This document shows, piece after piece, positions 11,223 through 24,032 of a stretch of 64,000 nucleotides of DNA (position 1 is its first letter; each line of letters starts with the position of its first letter). The position numbers and the translations under genes were made by a program. The stretch comes from Octopus sinensis. Its lineage: Eukaryota. The notes under the pieces are model-generated. The model was not told the origin of the DNA. It saw only the letters and a program-made list of their open reading frames with translations, and did no database searches. The DNA is taken from positions 35,340,001 to 35,404,000 of the forward strand of contig NC_043004.1 of assembly GCF_006345805.1 (NCBI RefSeq). Reading direction: 5' to 3'.

Positions 11223-12605
11223 GTATGTGTGCGTGTGTATGTATTATAAGAAAAGAAATGAGAAAGGAACAAACAGTTATTCCTTTGTCATCTCTTTTCT
11301 TATTACTACTCTGTTCCCAACTAATACACTTCATTCAGAAGTATATTGAGTGAGATAGCTTTCCATTTGAGTTGTGGTATCTACCTTTACGACAGTCATT
11401 GAAGGTCATTGAAAATCATTATTGTGAAATGTCTTGAAAATGGAGTAGGATCCATTATAGCGTCTTGTTTGACATCACCACAAACACTAATTAAAAGGGA
11501 GCTTTTGGTATTCTCCAACAATTACAGAGCATGTTCTTCCTGAAATCATGAAAGAATTGATAGTATTTGGAAATTTGTCTTAATTGTGCTCCATAGTGTC
11601 CCTACAGCACTGAAGAAGGAAATGCCTCAAACATTATTCCATGATTTTACCTTTGCAAAACACGTTCTGCAATGTATTCCTCAAATCTTGAAAAACTGGA
11701 CCAAGTCCTCCCAAATTATATCAAACACTGTGCAACAGAAGACCTAGCATTCTGTTTCCTCTAATTTGGGCACTTCAGCCAGAATAGCATGAATGCTAGG
11801 AATTTTTCCATTTTTAAGTTTGTGCAAAACATTGTTTCAATAGGTTGCTGACAACATATTTTACTGGAATTTGTGAAATGGACAGAAAGACCGTAGGAGT
11901 TAGATACACTTTAATAGAGCTTAACTAACCTCAGTTCTTAGCTGGTTTATATTAATATCAAAAGGGTTTAAGAATCACACTGTATATACTTCAAGAACCC
12001 TGCATCTGATGTTAAATATGTTGCTTTTGAACCGAAAGCTTTGTGGAATATTAGAAACCATGTGTGAAGCTCATGTGACCAATGATGGGGAATGGGAGAG
12101 AGAGAGAAAAAGAGAGAGATATTGTAAATGTGACACTGATTGATAATTTTATAAGATTGTCATGATAGAGTGGTTTGGAGACATTTATGAATGAGATGGA
12201 AACCTTGTTTAGGATGTAGTCAATAAGATGGCAGAAGATAGATGAGCAAGAAGAGAGATACTGAGAGAAACCTTCGCGGGAGAGGCAGTGAAGAATAGAG
12301 GAATAATTTAAGGGACATGGGATAAAAATCATCATTGCTGCAACGTAAAGACTGAAACAAGTAATAGATAAAAGATATATTTTTGTGTTGTGTGCATGTG
12401 TGTGTGTGTGTGTGAGCACGGGTAAGGCTGTGTGTTTAAGAGGTTAAGTTTGCAACTATGTGGTTTCAAGTTCAGTCGCAGGGTACACAAAATTGGTCAA
12501 GTTACTGTCTACTTTTATTGCAGGTTGAGCAATGATCAGTGAGTAAATTTAGGAGACAGAAACTATGTGGAACACTGTAGAAGCAAGCACACACATATGA
12601 ATATA

Positions 12606-12825
12606 CACAAGAAGGTGGTGGTAAGTTGCTGGCTTTAAGGGTATTGTAAAAAGCCTGGTTGGAGGCTCAACCTTCTGAATTCTTTTACAAGGCTTAGAAA
12701 AACAGAAGGACTGCTGCAATAAGTGTGTAAATCTGAGAGGGGAATATGTTTACTAAAATCATAATTAATTGATCCTCCTCAAGTTTCTTTTACCCAAAGT
12801 CAGGAAATTTTCAGCACCCTCTCAT
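12606..12825 (+). mobile_element. Internally deleted mariner (MITE-like)
   Basis: Degenerate terminal inverted repeats (aagttgctggcttt / aaagtcaggaaattttcagcaccctctcata). The internal remnant translates to CNKCVNLRGEYV, a mariner C-terminus. Confidence 0.6.
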
Positions 12826-12885
12826 ATACATATATATATTTATGTATATATGTATATGTATGTATGTATATATATGAGATGCCAT

Positions 12886-13020
12886 GATAGATCGTTAGCT
12901 ACTACACACATTTTTTTTCTCTCATTGTTTTTTCTGTGTCCCTTTCTGTAGAAGAGCATAGGCTCGCAACGTAAAAGCCTTTTTCTATTCCTGAGCGTTA
13001 TACTAATACATTTGTTTGTG
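12886..13020 (+). mobile_element. Minimal-hammerhead short element, family H4 (degenerate copy)
   Basis: cttt-CTGTAGAA-gagc-atag-gctc-GCAAC-GTA-aaag at 12942-12977. Homologous to 13587-13870, 20970-21135 and 42035-42230. Confidence 0.65.
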
Positions 13021-13261
13021 CATTACTTGACAACTTGTGTTGGTCTGTTTCTATTCCCATAACTTAGTGGTTCAGTGGAAGAGAGCGATAAAATGAGGAG
13101 CAGACTTTAAAAAAATAAGTCCTGGCATCAAGTTGTTCCACTAGAACCCTTCATGGTGGGGCCTCAAACAAGGTCAAAGTTATGAGGGAATTTGATGAGC
13201 TGAATGTTTCCGTATACCACACAATTAGCAACCAGAGTTGCTATGAATGCAAATAAAAATC

Positions 13262-13583
13262 CAAATTAAAGAAGTGGAATGGGTGAAATCCAGGCTGCAT
13301 AGGTTTCTTAGCCGAGCCTCTGGAATGGGAGCCCAACAGATCTAATCATCAGGGGCCAAGAATACCTTCATTACATGAAGGCTGCATTGTTGCTTCAACT
13401 CACATCGACAGTGAGTTAACTCGGAATTCCAAGCAACAATGTAACCTTCATATAATTAGGGCATTTTCAACCTGACGATTTGCTCAACTGAGCACGTCTC
13501 ATGGAGTAATTGTTATATCAAAGGATCAGCTAGCTAAGAGACATTTGTAGCCTGGATTTTACCCATTCCACTCCCTCAATTTG
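13262..13583. mobile_element. Rod-like foldback of two diverged head-to-head hammerhead elements, family H5
   Basis: Arms pair along almost the whole 322 bp. Minus arm reads CTGATGA-ttag...ctaa-GAAAC-CTAT-GCA and plus arm reads CTGACGA-tttg...ctaa-GAGAC-ATTT-GTA. It ends in CTCCCTCAATTTG. Confidence 0.65.
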
Positions 13584-13586
13584 CAC

Positions 13587-13870
13587 TAGCCGCTACACAC
13601 ATTTTTTTCTCTCCTTGTTTTTTTCTGTGTCCCTTTCTGTCGAAGAGCGTAGGCTCGAAATATAAAAGACTTTTTCTATTCCTGAGCGTTATACTAATAC
13701 ATCTGTTTGTTTTGTACACCACCTGTCTTTGTGGAGCATTATACTAATACAGATGTATTAGTATAATGCTCAGGAATAGAAAGTCTTTTACGTTTCAAGC
13801 CTACGCTCTTCTACAGAAAGGGACACAGAAAACAAGGAGAAAAAAAAATGTATGTAGTGGCTAACGATCG
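13587..13870. mobile_element. Family H4 inverted pair
   Basis: Plus copy 13587-13730 and minus copy about 13748-13870. The junction forms the hairpin gagcattatactaataca-ga-tgtattagtataatgctc. Confidence 0.8.
13785..13820 (-). ncRNA. Minimal hammerhead-like motif with variant core CUGUAGA-A
   Basis: cttt-CTGTAGAA-gagc-gtag-gctt-GAAAC-GT-A-aaag. Helix I is cttt/aaag, helix II has 4 bp, helix III is the palindrome ACGT, and the site is GUA. Confidence 0.6.
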
Positions 13871-14569
13871 AGAGAGAAAGAGAGAGAGAGAGAGATAGAG
13901 CCATGTTTTCTTCAATGTTTGTTACCTCAAAATCTAAAAGCATTCTGTTCTCACCTTCCAAAACTGTTTGTAAAATTCAAAATATGAAGATGTGTAGTAA
14001 CTAATCTAACACAGCTATGGCTTTATACTCGCTGCCACCACCAGACACACACACACATCAAGGTAGTTATTAAATCACCTCTTTCTGTACAGAATTTCTT
14101 ATTGCTTGTGAAACATGACAGACTATTTTAAAATCTATTTCATATTTCTCTTCATATTAATTATCAAACAGAATCATTTGTTGAGCTTAATTTCAATTGA
14201 TTGTTTTAAAGATTCAAGCAAAAATAAAAATTAAGCAAACAAAAAGAGCCTGTCAAATGTTCATCAAATATTTGGAGATGTTTACTGTTGGAATAACACT
14301 TTATAATCACTTCAAGTGAAATAAGAATCTAAAATATAACAAATAAATTGATTACCTGGAAATCTTTTAGTAAAGAAAAATCTGATTAGTGTCATTAAGA
14401 CATATTTTTGAAGTGTTTTTACAATATCACATTTTAATTACTTATGCATATTTATTTCAAGATTGGAGATAAAATTGGTTGATGCTGTAAAATGGGTGAC
14501 TAACAGGCTAACAGTCACTGGTTCGGGTTTAGTTATCTGATTTGCACTCTTGACTATGACCAATATTTG

Positions 14570-14825
14570 CTGGCTCAGTATATCTCATTGTTATTAGGTA
14601 CAATGATAAAGTACAGCGACAAACAAGAATAGTTTGTAATTAATAGCTGTAATTAATAAATGTTTGTTAGTTTAATTTTTCTGTAGGACATTCTGGCTCA
14701 GTATATCTCACTGTAGATAGGTACAATAGTAAAGTACAACTACAAACAAGAATAGTTTGTAATTGTTTGTAATTAATAGCTGTAATTAGTAAATGTTTGT
14801 TAGTTTAATTTTTCTGTAGGACATT
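14570..14825. repeat. Tandem duplication, about 123/133 bp x2
   Basis: ctggctcagtatatctca...tttttctgtaggacatt occurs twice. The second copy has a 10-bp internal duplication. Confidence 0.9.
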
Positions 14826-15194
14826 GAGAAAGTAGTCCAAACTTTGCTCCAATATTCAGCCTCAGATTGAATACCTTAATTATCTCAGTAGAGCTCACTA
14901 TTGGATACAAACCCTGTGATTCAATAATATCAAGCTTTATGGAATTGTGAGAATACAACTGACTCAGATGAAGACATTAGGATCTGAAATTTTACCTCTT
15001 CATTAACTTTTGTAAAGTCACACACCTAGTAATACCAGCATACTGCGTATATTTTTTGAGAAATTTTGATATATGCAGTTAGTGAGAAATGTGTGCAAAA
15101 GGACATTCAGGCATGGAATGCAATTATAAGCCCAAATGGTCAAATCTTACAGTTGGAGTTAGATGTTGTAGTGCATAAGCAGGAGAAGTATATA

Positions 15195-15430
15195 TATTTC
15201 TTTATTGCCCACAAGGGGCTAAACATATAGGGGACAAACAAGGACAGACAAACGGATTAAGTTGATTACATCGACCCCAGTGTGAAACTGGTACTTTATT
15301 TATTGACCCCGAAAGGATGAAAGGCAAAATCGACCTCGGCGGAATTTGAACTCAGAATGTAATGGCAGACGAAATACCACTAAGCATTTCGCCCAGCGTG
15401 CTAACATGTCTGCCAGCTCGCCACCTTTAA
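15195..15430 (-). mobile_element. tRNA-derived SINE, family F
   Basis: Minus strand GGTGGCGAGCTGGCAGA...GAGTTCAAATTCC...GCCTTTCATCCTTTCGGGGTCAATAAAT. Many homologous copies occur in the window. Confidence 0.85.
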
Positions 15431-16233
15431 GCAGTAGAAGTATATAACCCGTAACATTATAACAAAAAAACAGACATTAAAACAATTTGTATTGCAACCT
15501 GTTGATTAGTTGGTGCAAGGGAGATAATCATTTCTACATAATATTTGAAGGGATTAGAAGGTTGAATTTGAAATTAAGAAAAAAGATGATGCATACAATA
15601 AACATATTTAGATTATTTAATACTGCAAATTTAGTGGAAGGATGTAGTTATTTGAATAAAGAACTGTCTTTTGGAAAAGAAACGACTGGAAAGATAAAAG
15701 ACAAAGTCAGTTCAACATAGATTTGAACTCAGAATGTACGCTGATGTAGTAAAAACTGCTGCGGGGATTCCTACCACTCAACCATTCTAAACAAGAATCA
15801 TAGAACAGAAAAAACAAAATATTAAAACATACATCACTAAATCTAAATCAACAGATATTTCTGCTTAAAACGGGTGATTTCAAGTCATCATAATAAAATT
15901 TCACAAAACGGCCCGACTCGACTGAGTGAAGTGATGTAGCACAAAGAGAGTAGCAGCCAAGACCAGAATACAAAGGTTATGGCTAGCTTCCAGATTTTAT
16001 TTAATTAATTCATTATATTCATTATAAAATATGATACAAATTTACCAGGCTTTTACATTCATTCAAACTTAAATGTTTGATCTTTAGAGAAATGAAAGCT
16101 AATATTATTTTTATCACAGTTTTTTATTGTATTCTATTATATTAATCCTTGTAGATTACATGGTATTTTTAAAGATTTACTATTTTGAAGTTCTAATTTA
16201 ATATGAGTTTACATATTCATACATACATATGTA

Positions 16234-16272
<39 letters not shown>

Positions 16273-16551
16273 ACATGCTTGTGTGTGTGTGTGTGCTTGC
16301 ATGTATTACATACATACGCACATACATATATAAAGACACACATACATATATACACACATAGGCACACACACATACACACAGAGCCATAGGTGCAGATATA
16401 ACTGTGTGGTTAAGATGTTTTCTATCCAGTCACATGATTTCAGTCATGGTTCAATCCCATGGCACAGCATATTGGGCCAATGTCTTCTCTTTTAGCCCCA
16501 GGTCAACAAAGTCCTGTGAGTGAATTTAATAGACACTCCTCATATATATAT

Positions 16552-16932
16552 ACTAGCAGTATCGCCCGGCGTTGCTCAGGTTTGTAAGGGAAATAACTAT
16601 AAAGCATTTTTAGAGAGTTATAGCCAAAAAATAGCAAAAAAATGGAAAAAAATGATGGTAAATTTTTGTTTGAGATTTAAAAAAGGTAGAGTTGCGTCCC
16701 CTAGACAGTTTGTGGTTCGTATTCCTGATTCTCGACCCCATGTCGAATTTATCGATTTTTTTCAGAACTGGGGGAACTTTTCAAAATTTTCGCTGCGTTA
16801 GTTTTGAATTATGACATTGGGCTATGTGTGTGTCAAGTTTCATCAGAATCAGTTGAAAGCCGTGGTCAGGGTGAGGGTACAAGCAAACAGACACACAGAA
16901 ACACGCACAGACAAACTGCCGTTTATATAGAG
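16552..16932 (+). mobile_element. Non-autonomous Helitron/Helentron-like element
   Basis: Starts ACTAGCAGTATCGCCCGGCGTTGCTCAGG (5' hairpin), has a subterminal AAGTTTCATCAGAATC, an ACAGAC-type simple repeat and a TTTATATAG end. This is the architecture of Lep1/DINE-like elements. Confidence 0.6.
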
Positions 16933-18544
16933 AGAGAAGAGATGAGAGAGAGAGGCTTTTTTTTTTGTTGATTTTGTGCCCTAAATTCAGATCTTTAACC
17001 CCAAACTTCACTAATGTTATTGACCACATTGTAAATAAGTGCTAAATCCCATTGTCATTAAGATTACTACCATAAATATGATGAACACTTCATAACTTTG
17101 TGATCCTTTGAAAATGTGAAGTTTAGAAGGAGAAGGACCACACCAGGCTAAATTGATCCACATCTGTATAATGTAATATATATATACTGCACCGGAATGA
17201 AAAACTTATGTGATCTAAACTTGAAAAAGTATGTCTAAACTGGTGAGCCAGTTTATACATCATAGATATCTCTTCCACTGTTATATTTGGTGCCTAGCTT
17301 CCACTTCTATGGAAATTTTAAATGCCAGCGGATGGGCAAGAGACATGAAGAGGTGTGTCTTCAGACTGACCATATGAAAATATAACTTATATAAACACAA
17401 ATATATGAGAAACATACTAAGCAATTTAGTTTCCAATCAAACGTACACATGGTTACACACATACATTCACATAAACAAGCTTCAAATCAGAATTCAGCTG
17501 GGAGAAGAATTAATAATAATAATAATATTGCCCATCACTAGCATCATCAACATCATCAATATCATCATCAATAGGAGGAAGGGAGTGAACAAAGATATTA
17601 GAGCAAACACTGGCTGTGACAACAACAAATATATAAACAGTGTGTTAGTGAGGTAGATTATAATGATAATAGTATTTATACGATCTAAACAATAATTACA
17701 GCTAACGAACAAATATCAGGCGTTTCATTGTAATAACACAAACAACTACCATTCCATCACAGTTGTCACTAGAATATTTATTGCTGCTTGGTAATATGTT
17801 TGAAAAATTTTTGTGGTTTTATATAAAATTTAATGTCATTCTTGCTGCTGACAGCAAAATTAAATGTAAAAACATAATTTAAGTACATATTTTTAGCTGT
17901 TTTATTTCATTATATTTTTTATTTTTCTTCTAAACTATTTTTTTTTTTCACTAGTTTGATATATTCTTAATATTTTGTTGAAATAATGACACTAATAATA
18001 CACAGCAGTAGTGACAATAGAAACAAAAAAACCTCAGTGAAATGTGTTTAAAAGCAAGATTGTTTTAAAAGATGTTGTCGTCATACGCTTGAATATAATA
18101 TGACACTTTTTAAACACCTATTTGAGATTTTGTGTCGTGGTTAGACATGTTTATCAAACATTTCCTTTATCAACAATTAAAAATCTATTTGTCTTTGTCT
18201 AATCAGCAACAGGATACATATGTTTATGTGTAACCACATACACAAATACACATGTTTGTGTGTATATATATATATGTGTGTGCATGTGAGTACTCTTGTT
18301 TTTGTGTACAAATGGAAGAAAGCACTCATTATATGAAGCAGAGTTTATAACAATTGGAATAGATTCAGTAAGTTACTAAGTTACTCATGTGATCTTTCCA
18401 ATGATATTTTGAGTGTCGATGGAAGCTGTAATGTTCATTGGTGTACATGTAAGGTTGGCCTCATTTATCAAGCTTATTGTGATCCAAAAGGCTACTATTG
18501 TTTGAATTAGTGTGCTGCAATGGCCAATGACTCGCAGTTATCTA

Positions 18545-18771
18545 TAACTCATTAGTATTCACATTATTCTACCAAATGTGATGCTTGTTTATTCACATTG
18601 CATTGAATTAATCATGCATTATCTCATAGCTGTGAGATTTCTGCGATGTGACTCTTTACTTTGGGAATAATATTGTAGGATAGAGTAAGAGGCTGGATCT
18701 AACTGGGTTTGAACAAAAAGGAGATAAAATATTTAGGCCGGATATGGCCGGCTTCAATGCTAAAGGGTTAA
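18545..18771. mobile_element. MITE with piggyBac-like end (...AAAGGGTTAA)
   Basis: Degenerate TIR taactcattagtattc / aatgctaaagggttaa. A homologous copy at 39290-40064 is split by a mariner. Confidence 0.55.
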
Positions 18772-18834
18772 AGGCAATCACTTGGAGGAGCTGATTTTTA
18801 GATGCCATGTTTTAGCATTGATTTCAGTGTGTTA

Positions 18835-19500
18835 GAGAAATAAATTCTCTTCCTCTGGCAACACCCAAACACTTTTTTACCAGTTAAAAGATGTCTCAGG
18901 ATGCTTCATGATTTGAAATTTATCAGTTAAGTTTGGTCTGCTGTTCCATGCCTTTAAAATATGACTTGCCCTCCCCCTCTCCCCCCTTATCAATGTACTA
19001 TGTTAGACTCTTGTCATTGAGTTTCCAGATGTTTTAAGACAGACATGGAATTTTTTCCAGGTTTTTTTCAATATAACATTTACATGTTGGAGGAAGTAAC
19101 CCTTCAAAGTGTCCTCTATTAAACCCATAATATTCCTTGCAATATCATCTGAAGATGTTACATTTGTTAGAATATGGCTTTTAAAGAGGATGGAACCACT
19201 ATCAAAAATCTATTTACATGAATGGACTTGACAGCAACTGGTTAACTGATGCAATGGTCATTGCATATAGGTGTATTTGTGGTGGTAGGCTTTGATCAGG
19301 GAAGCTATGTACAAGAATATCTTAATTTTGTGTGGTTTAAATAACTGTAATGGTATCTGTGTGTGAGTGGGAAATAATGTCATAATAATCAAGAAATTCT
19401 TTGTTAGGTCTGTAGTAACCTCTAGGTTGTAGAATGGATTAAACCTGGTTATTCTCCTCTTCCTAATTCTGCTCTCTGGTGGTATCAAAAGCAGCAACAG
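18835..19500 (-). pseudogene. Penelope-like element relic: RT thumb/linker and GIY-YIG endonuclease C-terminus
   Basis: ORF 19258..19497 has RKRRITRFNPFYNLEVTTDLTKNFL (compare the PLE motif RKRxIxWFNPPYSxxVxTNIGKxFL). Downstream frameshifted pieces read VTSSDD..GLIEDTLK and HIWKLNDK (PLE GIY-YIG SKHIWxLK). Confidence 0.75.
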
Positions 19501-20892
19501 TTCCCTAATGTGTGATGTTACAGGATTCTGAGCCTGGCAATGTTTGTGTGAATCAATGAAGTGTGTCTAAGAGTTGGAAGTGGATGGAGAGAAAATTTGT
19601 TCAGGTGATATCAACGTCGAAATAAGTGCAGGCATGGGTCGGTTGGTTTGACAAGACCTGGCAATGCCACAGAGCTACATCAAGCTCCAGTGTCTGTTCT
19701 GGCATGATTTCTAAAGCTAAATCCCCTTCCTAATCCCAAACATTTTACAGTGTGTACTGGGTATTATTTTCAGGACTCCAACACAATGAGATCACTAAGA
19801 CAAGGAAAGAAAAGTAAAGTGCTTGTGGCAGGTGGTAGTAAGATTTAAAGGAGGCTTTATGCCAGGTCTTGAGAAGTTAAAAATATGATAGAAGTATAAG
19901 TATAGGTGCTTTGCTATGGAAAAGATACATGGCTACCCTGAATTTTATTAGGGTAGGTGAGAGTAGCTGGGAAGATGATAAAAATGGTAATGGTGGGATG
20001 CCAGAGTGAAGTCTCAATGTACAAAAAAGGTAAGCATAAGAGAGGATGCAGATAGTCGACCAGAGGAGAGCAACAGGTAGTTAGAGATGGGATTAGAGGT
20101 AAATGTAGTGAGTGATGGGTAAGGGTGGAGGTGATGGGATATATCAGCATAGAGAGTTGATAAGGTGAGAGAGACAGAAATGACTCAGGAGGGAGGATAG
20201 ATCAGAAAGTAGGAGGATGGTGTGCAAGGTTTAATATGAGTGGTGAGAAGGGAGATGTAGAGGTACATAAGGGTGACTGTAGTGAGTGGATTTGAGAGAG
20301 CGATGAAACTGATAGCAAATATGAGAGGTGTTAAAGATGAGGCATAGCAGAAAAGAAAGGAGGATTACTGAAGGCACAAAAAAGGATGGTGGGAGGTACT
20401 TGGAGAAAATAGTGTGGGAAGGAATGATACTGATGAAGGATGGAAGTCATTCAAGGGAAGGCGGAGGGAACTAATAGTGTACAGAATGGGCTGGGGAATG
20501 TAATACTAATTCTGCTCTTAAGGAATAACAGAGGAGTGATGGAGGAATAGGTGTTAGGACTAAGAATTGCAGGGAATGCTTGATGGAGAGAATGAGTGCA
20601 AAGCTTCATAATGTGGCTAATCTATATAATATAGAAATTAAAGCCAACAGGAGAAATGAGTCTGGAGTATACATAGCCTTTCCATTAGGTAAGGACAAGA
20701 GGGAGAGAGAGTGATGGAGAGAGAGAGAGAGAAGGAGAGAGAGAAGGAGAGAGAGAGAGAGGGAGAGAGAGGTGTAAAACAAATGACGAGGAGTTACATT
20801 TTAGTGATTGAACAAAACAGAAAACATAGGCCTTATCTGGCAGGAGATTCACACAGGTGTGTATGTGTGTGTGTGAGTATTGCCAGCTCGCC

Positions 20893-20926
<34 letters not shown>

Positions 20927-20928
20927 TA

Positions 20929-20969
<41 letters not shown>

Positions 20970-20971
<2 letters not shown>

Positions 20972-21135
20972 TCTCTTATTTTATTCTCTGTTCATTTCCT
21001 CATGTTCCTTTCTGTTGAAGAGTGTAGACTCCAGACGTAAAAGACTTTCTCACCTTCCTGAGTGTCAGACTAATACACCTGTTTGTTGTTTATACACCTG
21101 ACTTTGCCTTTTGTTTTTCTGTAAATTTCAACTAT
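20970..21135 (+). mobile_element. Family H4-related element in (TA)n
   Basis: cttt-CTGTTGAA-gagt-gtag-actc-CAGAC-GTA-aaag at 21008-21043. Helix II shows a compensatory C-G to T-A change. Confidence 0.65.
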
Positions 21136-21161
21136 TTATATATATAATATAATACAATATA

Positions 21162-21217
<56 letters not shown>

Positions 21218-21454
21218 CAGGGTGGCCCAAAACTAGGTTTACAGTTATTCAAATATCTGTTTCACATTCATATATTAACAGTTTAGATCTTAATTATATA
21301 AAAAAATATGAAACCATTATTCTATGCTAAATTAGTTAACTTTGTCAAGCTCCCATTTCAGTTTGTAAGATAGAAATTTAAATGTAATAAAATGTTTTAA
21401 AATAAATTTTAAGTGCCTACATGATAACTGTAAACCCACTTTTAGGCCACCCTG
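21218..21454. mobile_element. Tc1/mariner-type MITE
   Basis: TIRs CAGGGTGGCCCAAAACTAGGTTTACAGTTAT / ATAACTGTAAACCCACTTTTAGGCCACCCTG with TA on both sides. Confidence 0.9.
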
Positions 21455-21488
<34 letters not shown>

Positions 21489-23949
21489 CATGTATATTGA
21501 CAGAGACAAAATCAACTTAGTTGACCAATATAGAGGAACAAACCCAAATAAGTACAGAATTAGTCTGCTGCTCTTTATTTTGTATTAAAAAACCTCATCA
21601 TCATCATCATCATGCTTAAAATTCTTTTTTTTCCCCCCTTGATATGGCTGAGTTTCATCATTTGTCTCAGTTATGTGTCACAGAAAAACCCAACTGGCTT
21701 TCATGTGGTGCATATATGGAGAGTATTACCTGAGTGTGAGAGCCAGGGTGTCTTTGGGGTGCCAGATGACATATTTTGGTAAAGAGTACAAATTTGCTCA
21801 GACCTGCAGGGATTTGAACTCAGAAGGTAAAGTGACTTTGCTTACTACTATATATGACATTTTAAGTGTTGTTGGTAGTCTGATGTGGTTATCATATAGT
21901 AACGATACTGATGCTGATGATGATGATGACGATGATGGTGATGACGACGACGATGATGATGATGATTGTGAAAAGAAATTGTAAAAATATTCTAAAATGT
22001 TTATCTATCTGAAACCAAGAAAATAAATTGATTTTTATCATTGTCCCTTCATTAATATTAGACTAAAATATTCAAAACAATTTATCTTAGTATCCTGAAA
22101 AATAGTTTACTTTTTATTATTCAACTCAACTCTTATATACCCCCCCACACACACATAAACACAGCACACACACACATACACACACACACACACAAACAAA
22201 CAAACAGAATACACAAATAATGCACACAAAAATCTAGCAAAACTTGGTTTGCTTGTTTTATATTTAAAATAAAATGACATTATTATTGTTGTTGTAATTT
22301 TTTTCTTGAAATTGGGAAGTAAATCTTCAAAGTTCAACAGTTCTGTCTGTGTTTCTGCTGATATATTTGCAAAGTATTTCAAGAACAATACAAATGATTA
22401 ATCTTGTGAAATGTAGCAATTTATAAACGTTTGATTAATTCTTCTTACAGGAACCTATGCAATATGTCACTCAGCTATTAGGGAAAAGATATACTACACA
22501 CTATGGAAACAGTGACCATTGTCAAGATTTATCATTTCATCATCGCCATCATCATCACAATCATCATAAGCATCACAATCAGCATCAGAATTTAATTCAG
22601 TGACTTTAACATCCATTTTCTTACCACCACCACCCCTGCCACTGCCACCCCGCCTCCCACCCTGTCACCACCACCACCACCACTTACTTAGCTGATTTTT
22701 ATCGCAGAAGGTTTTATATAATCTCAGGTGGAAAAAAACAAAATGAAAATTCAGTTAAATCTATAAAACACATTTGATAATATTTTGTGAATTAGATTTA
22801 CAGGAAAATAATGAGGAAATATCTATTTTTATAACTAAAACCTTCTCAACAGACCTGGGTATCCACGCTGAGTACACCAGTTGGTTATCCATTTCAACAA
22901 TTTCGTTTATTCTTCTCTTAGAACATTCTTTCTGGCAAAATGAGTTGAGGTTATTTCTTTCTGCAACAAATGAAAGAGAACACATATACTCTGCAGGTGA
23001 TGCAATACTTTTTAAAGGCAGTGCTCCAGCATGGCCGCAGTCAAAATGACTGAAACAAGTAAAAGAATACTTACTCAATTTGATACAAATAGAAACCAAA
23101 TCAAACGCTACTATCGTCATCATTTAACATCCATTTCCCATGCTGATATGGGTTGGACATTTAGACACCAGGATCCAATTGTCCATCTTGGCATGGTTTC
23201 TATGGCTGGAGGCCCTTCCTAATGCCAACCATTTTACAAAGGGTACCGAGTGCTGTTCATGTGGCACCAACAAAGGTACATTTTACATGGCTTAACATGG
23301 GTGCTTTTAACATGACACTAGCATGGGTGCTTTTTTTATGACACCAGCACCAGTGAAGACAAGGACCTCTCAGCTGAAGGTGAGAGTACCACCTGAAAGA
23401 AAATAAGGACACATTATAGTCAAATGATACGTGATCATTATCCTTTTAACATCCCCTTTTTCCATGCTTGCATGGGTTAAATGGAGTTTGATGAGGCAGA
23501 TTTCTACAGCTGTCACTAAGCCTTACTTGTTTCCAAGCAAAAGGAAATTCCTCCATGGCCAGACATATATCCACAGAATATATATTCAAAGAAAGACACA
23601 GAAAAAAGCATAGGAAGTGGGTCCCTGGATGGTCAACCTCACAAAGGAATGTGACAAGTAGATGGATGCATTTTTGGACAAGATTCGTATGCCCCATGCA
23701 AGCATGGAGAAACAAAAGTGATGATGAGAGGAGGGGGAGGAGAAGGAGGAGCGATTGAAAGGAAGATCCATGCATATACCTTTCTCTGTCAGTTGGCAAA
23801 GGCTATTAACATCAGGGAAAATCCTGTGACCTTTAATCATCTGGTGAAAGATGTTCCTTCGTCACCCTCAACATCATCAGAAATTCGGTGAATTACTGAT
23901 TGTCTCTTTGGATTCCTGGAGCTAGTGAGGTTATTCTTCACAAATTACA

Positions 23950-23972
23950 AAATAAATAACTAAATAAATGAA

Positions 23973-24031
<59 letters not shown>

Positions 24032-24032
24032 A
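23950..24032. repeat. (TAAA)n microsatellite
   Basis: Read directly. Confidence 0.95.

Noticed and set aside
11606-11640. CTGAAGA-agg-aaatg-cct-CAAAC hammerhead-like motif, with a faint GIY-YIG-like translation nearby on the minus strand
   Set aside because: The GAAA box is broken, there is no helix I, it is single copy, and the protein similarity is too weak to call.
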